Of a stretch of 64,000 bases of DNA, positions 7,455 to 16,790 are shown piece after piece. The notes beneath the pieces are model-generated. The model was not told the origin of the DNA, ran no database searches, and saw only the letters and a list, made by a program, of their open reading frames with translations. Source of the stretch: Thermodesulfobacteriota bacterium (lineage in GTDB: Bacteria; Desulfobacterota; Desulfobacteria; Desulfobacterales; SURF-7); NCBI GenBank assembly GCA_049320885.1, contig JBMORA010000001.1, forward strand, positions 50,612 to 114,611. The letters run 5' to 3'. Numbering within the stretch: the stretch's first letter is position 1; each line of letters opens with the position of its first letter. The position numbers were made by a program, and so were the translations under genes.

Positions 7455-9458
7455 ATGAAAGCGTCCATTTCTTCACCGAAATCCATGGAACTCCTGGCGC
7501 CGGTCGGCCGGTTTAAGGGGCTTGAACCGATCCTGGAAAGCGGTGCCGACGCGGTTTACCTGGCGGGCAAGGATTACAACATGCGCCGCCACCGTTCGGA
7601 TTTCAATTTCGATAGAGACCAGATCGCCCAGACGGCCGTGAAAGTTCATGACGCCGGCGCCAAACTGTATGTGGCGGTGAACAGCCTCTTGAGCGACCAA
7701 GAACTGGAAGGTGTCGGCGACTACCTCCGGTTTCTGCAGTCCGTGGGCGCCGACGCCATCATCGTGCAGGACCTGGGCCTCATCCGGCTGGTGAAGGAAA
7801 GGGAAATCCATCTACCCCTTCACGCCAGCACCATGATGAATATCCACAGCGCCGAGGGCGCCATCGCCGCCGCCGGACTTGGTATTGGCCGCATCATCTG
7901 CTCCCGGGACATTACCCTGGCTCAAGTCGAGGAGATGGGCCGGAAGAGCGGTCTGGAGATGGAATATTTCGTCCATGGCGATATGTGCTTTGTCCAAAGC
8001 GGCCAGTGCTATGCCAGCGGCCTGATTTTCGGAAACAGCAGCAATCGGGGCAAATGCATGAAACCCTGCCGATGGCCCTATGAATTGATCGATCTGGCCG
8101 ATGGTTCACGTCTGCCGGCCAGAATGGAAGGCAACTATCTTCTGGCCGTCAAGGACATGTGCCTGCTGCAGCGCATCCCCGAATTGGTGCAGGCCGGAAT
8201 CGTTTCTCTCAAAATCGAGGGGCGCATGCGGCCACCGGAATTCATGTCCCAAATCGTCAACATCTACAGAAGGGCCATCGACAGGTACCACACCGACCCC
8301 TTGGGCTATTCGGACAATTTTGACTTGTTCGAGGAACTCTATCGGGAACGGGTAAGGGAGTTTTCAACCAGCGTCGCCTTCCGTAGACCCGGTGCCGAAT
8401 TCATCGGTTCCACCGGAGAACGGGAACCCCTCTTCCTGAGCACCGGGGCTGTATTACCCGAGATCGACCTGCTGGACGATCCGGAAGGATTCCCCACGGC
8501 CCCAAGGGCACTCCAGAGCCCCCGGCCGGAACTGGCCGTGCATGTGGCCACGCCGCAAGCGGCCGCCCGGGCGCTGGCCGGCGGCGCTGACTGGATCTAT
8601 GTCGGTGGCGAAGTCCCCAGCCGGCATGATCATGGGTGGAACCAAGCCGCATTGGAATGCATTATCCGGGATACCCGGGCAAGCGGCAAAAAGGTCGGCC
8701 TGCTGACCCCCCGGGTCACCGTCGCCCATCAACTGCAGGGACTCGCCCGGTTGCTGGACGGCCGTCTGGCGGAACCACCGGACGCCGTGCTGGTCCACAA
8801 TCTGGGCAGTCTGCAACTGCTCAAGGCAACCACCGACATCCCCATCCACGCTGATTTTTCCTTGAATGTCATCAATGTCAAGGCTCTGGAGCTGCTGCAC
8901 AGCCTCGGGGCTGCCCGGGCGACCGTTTCCCTCGAAGCCGCCTTTGATACCGTGGCCGCCCTCGCCGCCGCCCCCCCCATGCCCCTTGAATGCCTGGTCC
9001 ATGGCCCCTTGCCCGGCATGTACGCGGAACATTGCCTGATCAGCCTGGCCCTGCGCGGAACCTCGGCCGACGAGCCTTGCCGCGGCACCTGCCGCCATCT
9101 TCGCTGTGGCCTGAAAAACCGGTACGCCGATATCTTCCCCGTGGAAACGGACCAGTATTGCCGCAGCCATATTCTCCTGTCGAAAGATCTGGCCTGCCTG
9201 CGGGTTATCGGCGCATTCTTTCACCCGGGTATAAAAAGCCTCCGCATCGAAGGGCAGTACTATGACCCGTCGCTGGTGGGGTATCTGACGGAGCTGTATG
9301 CCAGGACCATCCAGACCCCCGACGAACCCATCGGGGAAAAGGCCCTGCAACGCCTTGTGTCGCAAAGTCCCAGGGGATTCAGCCTCGGTGCCTATCCCAA
9401 AGGGATCTTTGCCGAAAGAGCGGAAGACTACAAAACCGTCAAAAAGGATATGAAATGA
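7455..9458 (+). CDS. Tandem two-domain peptidase-U32-family Fe-S protein (UbiU-UbiV/RlhA-like O2-independent hydroxylase)
   Basis: ELLAPVG..GADAVY, HASTMMN, exact CX6CX15CX3C motif, SLKIEGR. Second U32 barrel with GADWIYVG, HADFSLN, CX14CX3C and SLRIEG. GGAGG RBS. Confidence 0.85.
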   Translation: MKASISSPKSMELLAPVGRFKGLEPILESGADAVYLAGKDYNMRRHRSDFNFDRDQIAQTAVKVHDAGAKLYVAVNSLLSDQELEGVGDYLRFLQSVGADAIIVQDLGLIRLVKEREIHLPLHASTMMNIHSAEGAIAAAGLGIGRIICSRDITLAQVEEMGRKSGLEMEYFVHGDMCFVQSGQCYASGLIFGNSSNRGKCMKPCRWPYELIDLADGSRLPARMEGNYLLAVKDMCLLQRIPELVQAGIVSLKIEGRMRPPEFMSQIVNIYRRAIDRYHTDPLGYSDNFDLFEELYRERVREFSTSVAFRRPGAEFIGSTGEREPLFLSTGAVLPEIDLLDDPEGFPTAPRALQSPRPELAVHVATPQAAARALAGGADWIYVGGEVPSRHDHGWNQAALECIIRDTRASGKKVGLLTPRVTVAHQLQGLARLLDGRLAEPPDAVLVHNLGSLQLLKATTDIPIHADFSLNVINVKALELLHSLGAARATVSLEAAFDTVAALAAAPPMPLECLVHGPLPGMYAEHCLISLALRGTSADEPCRGTCRHLRCGLKNRYADIFPVETDQYCRSHILLSKDLACLRVIGAFFHPGIKSLRIEGQYYDPSLVGYLTELYARTIQTPDEPIGEKALQRLVSQSPRGFSLGAYPKGIFAERAEDYKTVKKDMK

Positions 9459-10741
9459 AACCCATTGGTCCGGAGGCCATACGCCAGAAAAAAAAAAGCT
9501 ATCTGCTCCCCTGTCTGTTTCATTTTTATCAGCATCCACCCCAGATCGTGAAGGGCGAAAGGCAGTATCTGATCGATCATGAAGGGAGACCATATCTCGA
9601 TTTTTATGCCGGCGTCGCGGTGGTCAACGCCGGCCATTGCCACCCGGAGATCACGGAAAAAACCTGCGCCCAGATCAGGACCCTCCAGCACACCACCACC
9701 ATTTATCTCACCCAGCCGATAGTGGATATGGCGGAAAAAGTGGCAGCGATCGCCCCGGCGGGACTGGATAAATGTTTTTTCTGCAACAGCGGTTCAGAGG
9801 CCAATGACGGTGCCCTGATACTGGCCCGTCTGGCGACAGGGCGTCACGGCACCATCAGCCTGACCCATGGTCTCCACGGAAGAACCTATCTGACCCTGAG
9901 CGTCACGGGGATCCCCATGTGGCGGACCGACAATGCCCCTTACAAGGAGGCCATGCTCATCCCCGGCCCCAACTGCTATCGCTGTCATTTTCAAATGCGC
10001 TATCCGACCTGTGACGTTCATTGTGCCCGCAACCTTGAAAAAGCGATCACGCCGGATACGGCGGCCTTCATCGCGGAACCTGTCGCCGGCAACGGCGGCA
10101 TCATCGTTCCGCCGCCCGAATATTTCCCCATCATTCGGGAGATCACCCGTAAAGCAGGCATCCTCTTTATTTGTGATGAAGTTCAAACCGGCATCAATCG
10201 CACCGGGAAGATGTTCGCCATCGAACACTGGGGAGTGACCCCGGATATCCTGACCATGGCCAAAGCCCTTGGCAACGGGGTCCCCGTAGGCGCTTACGTC
10301 ACAACGGCAGCCATCGCGGCCGCCCATGTCAAACCCGGCGCGTCGACCCTGGGAGGAAATCCGGTGACAGCGGCGACTGTGATGGCCACCCTGGAGGTCC
10401 ATGAAAAAGAAAGACTCCAAACGCGGGCCCACTCCCTCGGCCTCTATTTCAAGGAGCAATTGAAGGCCTTGCAGGAGAAGTATCCGATCATCGGGGATGT
10501 CCGCGGCATCGGTCTGATGCTCGGCGCCGAACTGGTGAAAACAGACGGAAGCGCCGACGCGGAAACCTGCGATCGGATCCTGGAATCGATGAAGGATGAC
10601 GGCGTCCTGATCGGCAAGACCGGTATCGGCAGAAACGTGCTGACGTTCCAGCCGCCGTTGATCGTGACAAAAGACAATATCGACGAGGTGCTGGGCAAAC
10701 TGGACAGCGCGCTCATGCGCAACCACCCGCATGCTTCCTGA
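9455..10741 (+). CDS. Class III PLP-dependent aminotransferase
   Basis: [40 protein letters not shown] (PLP Lys), [13 protein letters not shown] overlap with the U32 gene. Confidence 0.92.
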   Translation: MKPIGPEAIRQKKKSYLLPCLFHFYQHPPQIVKGERQYLIDHEGRPYLDFYAGVAVVNAGHCHPEITEKTCAQIRTLQHTTTIYLTQPIVDMAEKVAAIAPAGLDKCFFCNSGSEANDGALILARLATGRHGTISLTHGLHGRTYLTLSVTGIPMWRTDNAPYKEAMLIPGPNCYRCHFQMRYPTCDVHCARNLEKAITPDTAAFIAEPVAGNGGIIVPPPEYFPIIREITRKAGILFICDEVQTGINRTGKMFAIEHWGVTPDILTMAKALGNGVPVGAYVTTAAIAAAHVKPGASTLGGNPVTAATVMATLEVHEKERLQTRAHSLGLYFKEQLKALQEKYPIIGDVRGIGLMLGAELVKTDGSADAETCDRILESMKDDGVLIGKTGIGRNVLTFQPPLIVTKDNIDEVLGKLDSALMRNHPHAS

Positions 10742-10825
10742 CAAGCAGAAGATTCGTCGCCCGCCCGTTTTGGGTTTTCCTGGCGGGCGGCCTGCTTTCG
10801 GCGGCCTGCGATGATCTGACAGCAG

Positions 10826-13039
10826 ATGAGGTTTATCGTGGCGGAAATCTTTCTCCTTTGGATCCTGCGGAATTCTGGCAAAGTCTGGATTGTCCTGATG
10901 GCGCTTGCCGTGGTGTTCGGCTACAACGCATCCAAAGTGCGCATGGACAACTCCATGGAAGTATGGATCCCCCTTAAAAGCCCGATCAAAACCCAATATG
11001 AACGTTTCCTCCAGGAGTTCGGTTCCGAGGAATACATGCTGGTCGCCTTTCAACTCCCTGGGGGACTGAGCCGGGACCATCTTGTGATGACCGGCCGATT
11101 GAGCCGCGCGCTGAAAAAGGAATCCGGAATCCGCAGCGTCTGGTCCCTGACGGAAATTTTCGATCGACCAAGCGAATACATCGATCTTTTCAAGATAATG
11201 ATCCTGTCGTCGGGTTTTGCAAAGCATCTGCTCATCGCGCCGGATGGCAAGGCCGCCGGCATCATTGTCCTGCTTTCCGAAGGAGGCCTTCGCGACAGAG
11301 GCGGTGTGCTGAAGCGAATCAAGGAAACCGTGGCGGCAACACTGCCCCATGGCCCCGAGGCCTTTATCGCCGGCCCATCCGTCATCAACGCCGAACTGGA
11401 CCATATCTCCCAGCGGAATGCGATGATCTATTACCCGATCCTGTTTGCCGCCTGTCTGTTTATGCTGCTGATGATTTTCAAGTCCTTGACCGGCGTCGTT
11501 GTGCCTGCGCTGATGGCGGGCTTCGCTCTCATGCTGACGGTGGGCTGGATGGGAATTCTGGAAGCCGAACTGAATGTCATCACCATCGCTGTGCTGCCAC
11601 TGGTCATGGTCACATCGCTGGCCTATTCCATTTATTTTTACAACGATTATGAAGGGCATGGGGAGCACCGTCCTCCTGCCGCCGTTGGAAGCCATGAGTC
11701 CGCTGTGATGAAGGCCTATAACAATATCCACCTGCCCTTGTTCCTCAGCGCCCTGACAACCGTGATCGGCTTTTTATCCCTCATGGCCAGCGATATCGGG
11801 CCTGTCAGCGACCTGGGGCTTTTCGTCGCCCTGGGGATCGGGTCGACCTTTCTCTTGGCCATTTCATTTCTGCCCCTGCTCCTGATGCGATTTCCCCGGC
11901 CGCATCCAAAACCGCGGCCGTCGGAGCCCCTTCATGGGCCGGCCGGTTTTTTCCCACGCACAGGACGTTTCGTCCTCCAATCCAAAAGATGGGTCATCGC
12001 TATCTTCAGCCTCGGCATGATCCTGGCCGGCATCGGCATGAGCAACCTCAGCATCGAAACCGACGCCTTGATGTTCTTCCCGGATGACTCGCCCATCGTG
12101 GCCGCCTATCATTTCATCGAGAGCCGTTTCACCGCCTTGGCGCCGGTGGAAGTCGTCATCACGGCCCAGGATGCGCCATGGGAAAACCACCTGCCGGATT
12201 ACGACACCCGAATGAAAATAAAAAGCTTCCAGGAAGACATTCTGCAAAATCCGGAAATCGTCACCTCCAAATCCATCGTGGACATTTGGGAAGATACCAT
12301 CAGTGCCGAACTCATGGAAACCAGCGCCATCCCGAATCAGCGCCTGCTGCAGAGTCTCGAGACGGCAAGCCGCTATTTCATCAACGACCGTGGAACAACT
12401 ACCCGCATTTCCGTCCGCGTCAAGAGCCTGGCTTCCAACCAGTTCCAAACCATCGTCACCTATATCGAAGCAAAAGCCCGGGAGCATTTCAACGGCTGGC
12501 GGGATGTTTATATAACCGGAATCGTTCCTATTATCGTCGACATGCAGAACCAGCTGCTGCAGAGCCTGATGAAAAGTTTCCTGATCGCGTTCGGCATCAT
12601 ATTCGGGGTCTTCCTCCTCCTGTTGAAATCGATGAAAAAGGCAGCCATCTGCATGTTCGTGAATCTGCTCCCGATCGTCGTCATTTTCGGATTTATGGGC
12701 TGGATGGACATCAAGCTGAGTGTGGCCACCGTGATGATCGGGAGCATCGCCATCGGGATCTGCGTGGATGACACTGTCCATTTCATCACGCGCCTGAAAC
12801 AGGAAAGCTACGGTACCGCCGACCTGCATGGGCCGCTCCTGATAACCCTCGCCGCCACCGGCAAATCGATCGCATCTACATCGCTGGCCAATCTATCCGG
12901 ATTCATCGTGCTCTGCTTTTCCGGTTTTGTTCCCATGCAGCAGTTCGGTATGTTGACCGGCATCACCATTGTCATCGCCATGCTGGCGGATCTGCTGCTC
13001 CTGCCAGCCTTGCTGGCGTTTTTCCGGATCAGACTTTAA
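10826..13039 (+). CDS. MMPL/RND family exporter
   Basis: Two TM-periplasmic-5TM halves; FLSALTTVIGFLSL; AIGICVDDTVHF. Confidence 0.88.
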   Translation: MRFIVAEIFLLWILRNSGKVWIVLMALAVVFGYNASKVRMDNSMEVWIPLKSPIKTQYERFLQEFGSEEYMLVAFQLPGGLSRDHLVMTGRLSRALKKESGIRSVWSLTEIFDRPSEYIDLFKIMILSSGFAKHLLIAPDGKAAGIIVLLSEGGLRDRGGVLKRIKETVAATLPHGPEAFIAGPSVINAELDHISQRNAMIYYPILFAACLFMLLMIFKSLTGVVVPALMAGFALMLTVGWMGILEAELNVITIAVLPLVMVTSLAYSIYFYNDYEGHGEHRPPAAVGSHESAVMKAYNNIHLPLFLSALTTVIGFLSLMASDIGPVSDLGLFVALGIGSTFLLAISFLPLLLMRFPRPHPKPRPSEPLHGPAGFFPRTGRFVLQSKRWVIAIFSLGMILAGIGMSNLSIETDALMFFPDDSPIVAAYHFIESRFTALAPVEVVITAQDAPWENHLPDYDTRMKIKSFQEDILQNPEIVTSKSIVDIWEDTISAELMETSAIPNQRLLQSLETASRYFINDRGTTTRISVRVKSLASNQFQTIVTYIEAKAREHFNGWRDVYITGIVPIIVDMQNQLLQSLMKSFLIAFGIIFGVFLLLLKSMKKAAICMFVNLLPIVVIFGFMGWMDIKLSVATVMIGSIAIGICVDDTVHFITRLKQESYGTADLHGPLLITLAATGKSIASTSLANLSGFIVLCFSGFVPMQQFGMLTGITIVIAMLADLLLLPALLAFFRIRL

Positions 13040-14443
13040 CAGCACCCGCAGCTTTCTGGTGATTCCAAGCAGGTACGCATGCTTCCACACCGGACGGAAT
13101 CGAAGCCTCCGGGCCAATTGTTGCAGCAGTACATTAGCGGGCCAATACCAGTCTTCGGCGCTGCTCCAGGTCAGCTCGGGATAACAAAACCGGTCGACGT
13201 CCGTTACATGCTGGATGCCCATGGCCTTGGACAGATAGCAGACCGGCCGTAAAAGCCCTGCCTCATCGGACAGGAGGCCCTCTTTTCTGGCAACGGCCTC
13301 CAGTTCGGTCCCTGGATAAATTCGCATGCCCAGATTGAACAAAACCTGGTTGGGTTTTTTGATCGTTTTGAGGAAAGCGACGGTTTCCCGCATGGTTTCC
13401 TTGGTCTCGCCCGGTCCACCCAGCAGAATGCAGAATAAAAACGGAATCCCGTGTCGGGAATACAATTCGGCGGTATGGGCGATATCGCTTTTTGCAAACC
13501 GTTTTTTCAGATTCTTCAGCATGACCTCCGAGGCCGAATCGATGCCGACTTCCACCCCGATGCATCCGGACGCCTTCATCAACGCTACAAGGCCTGCATG
13601 GATACCGCGGGGGCTGGTCATGGCGGACCAGTGGATCCTCAGCTTGCGCCGGACGATTTCCGCGCATATGGCTCTTGCATGCTGCTCCGGAAATGAAAAA
13701 ACGCTGTCGACAAAATAGAAATGGGCAACCCCTTGGTCCCGATGCAGCCCCTCGATCTCATCCACGACAGCGGCGGGAGCGCGCAGACGGTAGCGCCGGC
13801 CTTCGACGAGCGGATAACAGCAGTAAATGCAATTGAAGGCGCAGCCGCGCTTTGTCTGAACAGCGGCGTAGCCGCCATGGCGGAGATACGCTTTCAGATC
13901 GATCAAATCCCAGGCCGGTCTCGCCAGCGCATCCATTTCACTGAATTGCTTTCTATTATTGGTGATGTAACGATTTTCCCGGGCATACACCAGCCCGGGA
14001 ACCATGGCAATATCTTCCCCGTTCCGGTGTTTCTGAAGAAACGAAAGAAAGCTTTCCTCCCCTTCACCGACGATTCCATACGAAAGTCCCAGATAGTGCA
14101 AAATCCCTTCCGGGCAACTGGAAAAACCGGCCCCGCCGATGATGATGTCTCGATTGGTTGCATTCTTGACAGTATCAACGACGGTCTTGACTTCTTCCAG
14201 ATAGCTCCTTGATCCGATACAAGTGGAATTATCCAGGTTTCTAAGCGATATTCCGATCAGATCAGGCTTGAAGTGCGTTACAGCCTCGCGAACCTCCTTT
14301 TCGCCATGGGCTGCAAAACACAAATCCAGCAATCTCACGGTGTATCCATTCTCCCGGAGTGTTCCCGCGATGTACGCCAGCCCGATGGGCGCCACAGGAA
14401 AAGGCAGCATTTCCCGGCTGGTTGAAATCAGCAAGATCTTCAA
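12893..14443 (-). CDS. Cobalamin-binding radical SAM protein resembling the lipid-biosynthesis-associated (ladderane-island type) family
   Basis: Probable TTG start at 14443 after GGGAGG. KILLIS...PFPVAPIGLAYIA, LIGISLRNLDN, QTKRGCAFNCIYCCYPLVEG, FYFVDSVF, LLGGPGET, RIYPGT. The last 147 nt overlap the MMPL gene. Confidence 0.85.
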   Translation of the reverse strand: MKILLISTSREMLPFPVAPIGLAYIAGTLRENGYTVRLLDLCFAAHGEKEVREAVTHFKPDLIGISLRNLDNSTCIGSRSYLEEVKTVVDTVKNATNRDIIIGGAGFSSCPEGILHYLGLSYGIVGEGEESFLSFLQKHRNGEDIAMVPGLVYARENRYITNNRKQFSEMDALARPAWDLIDLKAYLRHGGYAAVQTKRGCAFNCIYCCYPLVEGRRYRLRAPAAVVDEIEGLHRDQGVAHFYFVDSVFSFPEQHARAICAEIVRRKLRIHWSAMTSPRGIHAGLVALMKASGCIGVEVGIDSASEVMLKNLKKRFAKSDIAHTAELYSRHGIPFLFCILLGGPGETKETMRETVAFLKTIKKPNQVLFNLGMRIYPGTELEAVARKEGLLSDEAGLLRPVCYLSKAMGIQHVTDVDRFCYPELTWSSAEDWYWPANVLLQQLARRLRFRPVWKHAYLLGITRKLRVLLKSDPEKRQQGWQEQQIRQHGDDNGDAGQHTELLHGNKTGKAEHDESG

Positions 14444-14620
14444 GTCCCTTCCTCCCAGTTGCCGTTGAACCAAAGTCCACCCCCAAACCGATTATCAAAC
14501 TATCCGGCACCAAAGCAACCATAACTACTCCACCCTGGCCGAAGCGCGCATCTGCGTCCTGCTCCGGCTTGTTCATTTACTTTTCAGGCGTATGGTTGCA
14601 TGCTATGGAAAATTTTTTGC

Positions 14621-14649
14621 TTGATTTTTTTGTTTAGCTTGTATACTAT
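14621..14649 (+). promoter_or_regulatory. marR promoter with overlapping operator copy 1
   Basis: TTGATT-N17-TACTAT with ATG 7 nt after the -10; GTTTA-N5-TATAC at 14632-14646. Confidence 0.55.
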
Positions 14650-14655
14650 ACTCTC

Positions 14656-15120
14656 ATGAACGCCAAGACCCAAACCATTGCCCAATTGATGCTGCAGTTT
14701 TACCGGATCGTCAACAAGATCACGGAACTGGAAAAAACGCCCTATGATTTCGGTGTCGGCGAAAAACTTTATCCATCTGAAATTCATACGATACAGGCCA
14801 TCGGCAACAACAGCGGCATCAACGTTACCGAACTGGCCAAAAATCTCGGCATCACCAAAGGGGGCGCTTCCCAAATGATATCCAAACTCAAGAAACGTGG
14901 CTTCATCAACAAAGTCAGAAGCATGGAAAACGACAAGGAAGTGCTTCTGATCCTGACAGCCAAAGGCCAGACCGCCTACAACGGGCACGAACAATTTCAT
15001 GCCGACCTGTATATCGACTTTGTCGCCTACATGAATGATATCAGCCGGGAACAGATCGATATATTTAAAGATATTTTAGAAAAAATAGAGTTTTATGTGG
15101 ACCGGTATCGCATAGAATAA
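14656..15120 (+). CDS. MarR family transcriptional regulator
   Basis: LYPSEIHTIQAIG...NVTELAKNLGITKGGASQMISKLKKRGFI...DKEVLLILTAKG winged helix. Confidence 0.9.
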   Translation: MNAKTQTIAQLMLQFYRIVNKITELEKTPYDFGVGEKLYPSEIHTIQAIGNNSGINVTELAKNLGITKGGASQMISKLKKRGFINKVRSMENDKEVLLILTAKGQTAYNGHEQFHADLYIDFVAYMNDISREQIDIFKDILEKIEFYVDRYRIE

Positions 15121-15137
15121 TTTTTTTTGCCATTATT

Positions 15138-15152
15138 GTTTAGTTCATAAAC
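15138..15152. promoter_or_regulatory. Palindromic operator copy 2
   Basis: Perfect GTTTA-N5-TAAAC upstream of the gene at 15177. Confidence 0.55.
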
Positions 15153-15176
15153 CTTAATATGAATTGAGCCGACACC

Positions 15177-15866
15177 ATGAGGATCTGGTCACCCACCCAC
15201 GGCGAGCCGCCAAACGAAAAATACCGGGAACTGCTTCACCGATTCGGGGACAAACGGAAGAAAACGGTGATTTTTCTTTCCCACTGTATTCTGAACGAGA
15301 ACACCCGGTATCCCGGCGGTGCCTGCCGGGCAGGCTGCCTGGCGGAAATTGTTCATCAGTGCATCGACCACGGGCTGGGAATGGTTCAGCTGCCCTGCCC
15401 GGAGCAATCTGCCTGGGGCGGAGTCTCCAAACGGTTGCTGTTGATGGCATATGGTGCCGACGGAACGATTTTATTTACCCTTCGGCAGTTCGCTGTGCCC
15501 TTGATTCGGATTTATTCCCGATGGATGAACGGTCGAATCGCGACCCGAATCGTCCGCCATATCCAGGACTATCTCGATTCCGGCTTCAGCGTTCGGGGCA
15601 TCGTCGGCATTGACGGTTCGCCCACCTGCGGCGTCGACAAAATCCTGGATTTCAGGAAATCGTTTGAAGTGCTGGCCTCCATGGATATCACTGCCGTTAC
15701 GGCGACGGATGCAGGTAAGGTGGTGCGGGAATGCCTGGTGGATGGGGAAGGTTTTTTCATTCAGGCCCTGCGAACCAAACTGAACCGCAGAAGACTATTT
15801 ATCCCTTTCCTGGGCCACAATCTGATTGCGGAGCTGGCTGGGGAAAAGAGCAATGTGATCCTGTAA
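15177..15866 (+). CDS. DUF523/TudS-related putative Fe-S desulfidase
   Basis: FLSHCILNEN, QLPCPE and GIDGSPTCG cysteine motifs. Confidence 0.7.
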   Translation: MRIWSPTHGEPPNEKYRELLHRFGDKRKKTVIFLSHCILNENTRYPGGACRAGCLAEIVHQCIDHGLGMVQLPCPEQSAWGGVSKRLLLMAYGADGTILFTLRQFAVPLIRIYSRWMNGRIATRIVRHIQDYLDSGFSVRGIVGIDGSPTCGVDKILDFRKSFEVLASMDITAVTATDAGKVVRECLVDGEGFFIQALRTKLNRRRLFIPFLGHNLIAELAGEKSNVIL

Positions 15867-16106
15867 AATGAGGACAAGTACCATGCAGAACATATCTCGT
15901 GCAGAAATGGGCGCTATGCCCCAGGTCAAAGCAGCTGAACGGCCGGGGGTGTCGGAATGAAATGGTTTCCAATCCATCGCACTCCGCCGAAACCGGTTGA
16001 TTTCCGTTGCAAATCAGCCCCACAGCACCCCTATAACCATCCCCCGGCAAGCCCTGAGCTATCAGCGCCCTCATACGGAGTCGTCACTCGGGACAGCAAC
16101 GGCCAA

Positions 16107-16790
16107 TCCTGGCGCTTGGAATCCCTGCGATGGTACGACAAATGGCTGAAGGGGAAGAATACCGGAATCGAGCAGGATCCGCCGGTCAACATCTGGATCA
16201 TGGGCCGCAACCAGTGGCGGGCGGAAATTGAATGGCCCATCGGTCGTACAAAATATGTCGATCTCTACCTCCGGCCGCAGGGGATGCGCGGAGGCACCGG
16301 CAGGCTCTGCCAGGAGCGACCCGAAACAGCCGAAAGAAAAATGTCCTATCTGTCCTGGCCCTTTTCTCCCGGAATAATCGGCCGGTCGCAACTGGTCTAC
16401 CGCAGTGATATTCTTTGTTCGGAAGTGGAGGTCACCGGGCACATCGTGCTCACCCTATATGCCGCCTGCATCTGGCCGAACGCGAATCGTTTCCTTACTG
16501 GTCATCGGATTCGGTTGGAAATCGCCTGCACCGAGTCGATTTATCATGATTTCCCCTATGTCCACTTCTCCGCGCTTTCCTGCGGCAAGGTCAGCGTGAT
16601 CAGTTCACCGGAATATCCCTCAAAGCTGACCCTGCCGCTGGTGGATTCCAGCCTGGAATTCAACGGCGATGATGCCGGCATCCAATTCGAGAAGCATCCA
16701 TCCAATTATTTCGCCACCAACGGGAAAGCAAGACGATTCGGGTGCGAGAAGGAAACATCCGTGGAGATGCTTGAAAGGAGTGTGCTATGA
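16107..16790 (+). pseudogene. C-terminal fragment of a CocE/NonD family hydrolase with an internal deletion
   Basis: LRWYDKWLKG...PPV.IWIMG.NQWR.E.EWP...LYL, EVTGHI.LTLYAA, GHRIRLEI, YPSKLTLP. No catalytic N-terminal domain, and the segment normally between LYAA and IWPxAN is absent. Confidence 0.7.

Noticed and set aside
2743..14443. Hopanoid tailoring cluster (HpnN-like MMPL, HpnO-like aminotransferase, HpnP-like rSAM)
   Set aside because: No squalene-hopene cyclase, hpnH or hpnG here, and the family resemblances are generic. It remains a possible alternative only if shc exists elsewhere in the genome.
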